Below the pieces are notes generated by a model. That model worked only from the letters and a program-made list of their open reading frames with translations. It searched no databases and was not told where the DNA came from. Made by a program: the position numbers and the translations under genes. From the NCBI RefSeq assembly GCF_030540645.1, contig NZ_JAUNVV010000001.1, forward strand, positions 3,731 through 67,730: a DNA stretch of 64,000 nucleotides. The letters run 5' to 3'. Shown here piece by piece: positions 62,122 to 64,000 of the stretch. The DNA is from Arthrobacter sp. (GTDB lineage Bacteria > Actinomycetota > Actinomycetes > Actinomycetales > Micrococcaceae). Each line of letters opens with the position of its first letter. Position 1 is the stretch's first letter.

Positions 62122-62130
62122 GCTTCAAGC

Positions 62131-63267
62131 CTAGCGGAGCGAAAACACTCTGCGTTGCTGCCGCAGTTGCTCGTAGAAGTAGTGGCGCAGGACCGAATCG
62201 TGGGAGAGCAATACCAAGGGCTGTTCAGTCACCAGCTCATCCATGCGTCCGGCCTGTCCATGGCGTACGACGGCGGCACGCAACTGCTGTGCATTGTTCG
62301 CCTTGGCTGCCTCCCGTGACAGTTGCGCATCCTTGCGGCTCAGGGCGGCAAGTTCCCCGCCCGCCATGTCGGTCAGGTGTCGGCTGATGTTTTGCCAGGC
62401 TTTCTTCTCTGCTTCCGACCAGGCCGCCTCCGCCTCCGGACCGGTCAGCTGGCCGCGGCGCAACAGTGAACCGATCCCATGGATGCGCATGAGCTTCACG
62501 GCAATGCTGCGTCGTTCCCGCAGGGTTGCCTCGCGCAGCCACGGAGCCTGGACCATGGCGTCGAGCCACTGGAACTCCTCAGCGAGGGGACGCAGGGTAC
62601 TGGTGACCCGCTCCGGCCCGGAGTCGTCGGTTTGCTGGTAGGCAGGTGCCCCGTACGGGTACACTATCCGGCCTCCGCGGAACCACAGCTTCAACGTGGC
62701 CTCCAGGTCCTCGCCGACCGGGATGCCCTCGGCATAGCCAAAACCGCACCCGAGCAGGGCCTGCCGCCGCAGCAGGCCGAAGGGCAGGCTGCGGTATGCC
62801 AGTCCGTCACGCACAGGGTCAAGCACGGCAGGCTTGCTCGGACGGATCCGCGGCGTGCGCAGAATGCTCCCTTCCGGCGTGCGCAGAGGCGCAATGACGG
62901 CCGCGGCCTGCGGTTCCTGGGCGGCACGCCACCAAGCTGCCAGGGCGCCTGGTTCGAGATAGTCGTCAGAATCCAGGAAACAAAGGAACGTGGCGGAACT
63001 GGCTGCAAGCGCCGTGTTGCGCGGCCCGGCCGGGGAATTGCTGCCGTCAAGGCAGGGAAGCCAGGCGACGGCGTCGTCCGCCACGAGGTAAGAGGGAAGG
63101 GAATCCGTGAAGGCCGCAACGGCAAGGTTGTGGCAGACCACTGTGACTACAAGGTCAACGCCGAGCGCTGCCAGTTCTGCACGCTGCCCCAGTACCGAGC
63201 GCAGTCCGCGGGCCAATGGCCGGGCAGGGTCATGGACTGGAATGATGACTTCGATGCTCTGGTTCAT
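62131..63267 (-). CDS. GT2-like glycosyltransferase with a C-terminal helical extension
   Basis: ATG at 63267: MNQSIEVIIPVHDPARPLARGLRSVLGQ..., with FLDSDDYLEPGALAAWW. It is a paralog of the divergent gene at 63336. Confidence 0.7.
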   Translation of the reverse strand: MNQSIEVIIPVHDPARPLARGLRSVLGQRAELAALGVDLVVTVVCHNLAVAAFTDSLPSYLVADDAVAWLPCLDGSNSPAGPRNTALAASSATFLCFLDSDDYLEPGALAAWWRAAQEPQAAAVIAPLRTPEGSILRTPRIRPSKPAVLDPVRDGLAYRSLPFGLLRRQALLGCGFGYAEGIPVGEDLEATLKLWFRGGRIVYPYGAPAYQQTDDSGPERVTSTLRPLAEEFQWLDAMVQAPWLREATLRERRSIAVKLMRIHGIGSLLRRGQLTGPEAEAAWSEAEKKAWQNISRHLTDMAGGELAALSRKDAQLSREAAKANNAQQLRAAVVRHGQAGRMDELVTEQPLVLLSHDSVLRHYFYEQLRQQRRVFSLR

Positions 63268-63335
63268 GTCTGCCTGCTCCTGCTCAACGTGGTTCCTTGG
63301 TTCCGCGATAACCTTACTGGGTGGAGACGGCATAT

Positions 63336-64000
63336 ATGGATTCAGTACTGGTGGAGATGGTTGTTGCGGTGCACACGCCGAACCGGCCCATCGAGCGTGT
63401 CGTGGCGTCGCTTATGGCCGCGGGCCTGCCCACTGATCCGTCCTTGCCCGGGAGGCTGCGTGTCACGGTGGTATGCCACAACACACCGGCGGGTCCGATC
63501 CGGGACCGTGTGGCGCCGGAGCATCAAGAACGCGTGCGGTTTGTTGAATTCTCTGACGGCATCGCGAGTCCGGCAGGGCCCTTCAACCATGGGATGTCTC
63601 TTGCCACAGGCACCTGGGTGTCCATCATGGGCAGTGACGACTCGCTGGAACCGGATGCGTTGGCCCGTTGGGTGCAAGCGGCCGAACATGATGGGGCCGA
63701 CGTGCTGATCGCGCCCATGGCCCATGCCGACGGCGTGCCGATCCGCACCCCCGTGGTGCGCCGAAACCGCAGGAGCAACCTTGACCCCGTTTCCGACAGG
63801 CTAACCTATCGAACGGCTCCTCTGGGCATCATGAAGCTGTCTCTTGTGCAGTCGCTCGGTCTGGTGTTTCCCACGCGCTACGCAACGGGGGAAGACCAAT
63901 CCTTTTCCGCGAATTTATGGTTCTCCGGGGCCCGGATCAGCTACGGGCGTGGACTGCCCCGGTACTTGGTGCACGACGATGCTGTGGTTAGGGTGACGGC
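63336..64000 (+). CDS. GT2-like glycosyltransferase, 5' part; the gene runs off the right edge
   Basis: This gene is not in the ORF track because it has no stop in the window. Hand translation from the ATG at 63336 gives MDSVLVEMVVAVHTPNRPIERVVASL...VTVVCHN...SPAGPFNHGMSLATGTWVSIMGSDDSLEPDALARWV...APLGIMKL...TGEDQSFSANLWFSGARISYGRGLPRY. It is colinear with the 62131..63267 protein. Confidence 0.65.
   Translation, partial: MDSVLVEMVVAVHTPNRPIERVVASLMAAGLPTDPSLPGRLRVTVVCHNTPAGPIRDRVAPEHQERVRFVEFSDGIASPAGPFNHGMSLATGTWVSIMGSDDSLEPDALARWVQAAEHDGADVLIAPMAHADGVPIRTPVVRRNRRSNLDPVSDRLTYRTAPLGIMKLSLVQSLGLVFPTRYATGEDQSFSANLWFSGARISYGRGLPRYLVHDDAVVRVT

Noticed and set aside
62479-63708. 409-aa plus-strand ORF spanning the divergent GT2 pair
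   Set aside because: It is antisense to one GT2 gene and out of frame with the other. It is Arg/Gly/Pro-rich nonsense. The true plus-strand gene starts at 63336 in another frame.

Overview
This is a high-GC actinobacterial chromosome segment. The gene content looks Micrococcales/Arthrobacter-like, but that taxonomic call is inference from content only. I found no rRNA, tRNA, CRISPR array, transposase or integrase.

The left half (about 1-31 kb) is conserved core synteny. It holds the tail of a MoxR-type cluster (DUF4350-like fragment, DUF4129-like protein, Q/P-rich membrane protein), then mtrA-mtrB-lpqB, a comF-like gene, hpf, a MarR+MFS pair and secA. These are followed by an Rv3235-like protein, a LysM protein, a small excisionase-type HTH, a SAF + CpaE/ParA-like pair, the giant NAD-glutamate dehydrogenase, pdtaS and whiB1. 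The last gene of this half is a solitary 1449-aa FHA + multi-FtsK/SpoIIIE (EssC/EccC-like) ATPase.

The right half (31.3-64 kb, continuing off the window) is one large cell-envelope glycopolymer locus. Its parts are:
- a galactofuranan-type module (glf, glfT2-like, wzm, wzt)
- the complete dTDP-rhamnose pathway (rfbA, rfbB, fused rfbC-rfbD) plus galE
- a WbpA/D/E/B/I-like set for a UDP-2,3-diacetamido-2,3-dideoxy-uronic acid
- a membrane-anchored D-glucuronyl C5-epimerase-like protein
- seven cytoplasmic glycosyltransferases
- a GtrB-like GT2 + DUF2304 pair
- a MOP/Wzx-type flippase
- two O-acyltransferases
- two paralogous large polytopic membrane proteins (candidate GT-C enzymes)
- an SSI-fold lipoprotein

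The best candidates for undescribed biology are the composite glycopolymer locus, the paralogous polytopic proteins and the orphan FHA-EssC-like ATPase. Within the locus, the extracytoplasmic C5-epimerase next to the diacetamido-uronic acid genes and the Gtr-like decoration set stand out.

All family calls come from reading the translations by eye. Start codons were adjusted by hand and remain uncertain where stated.
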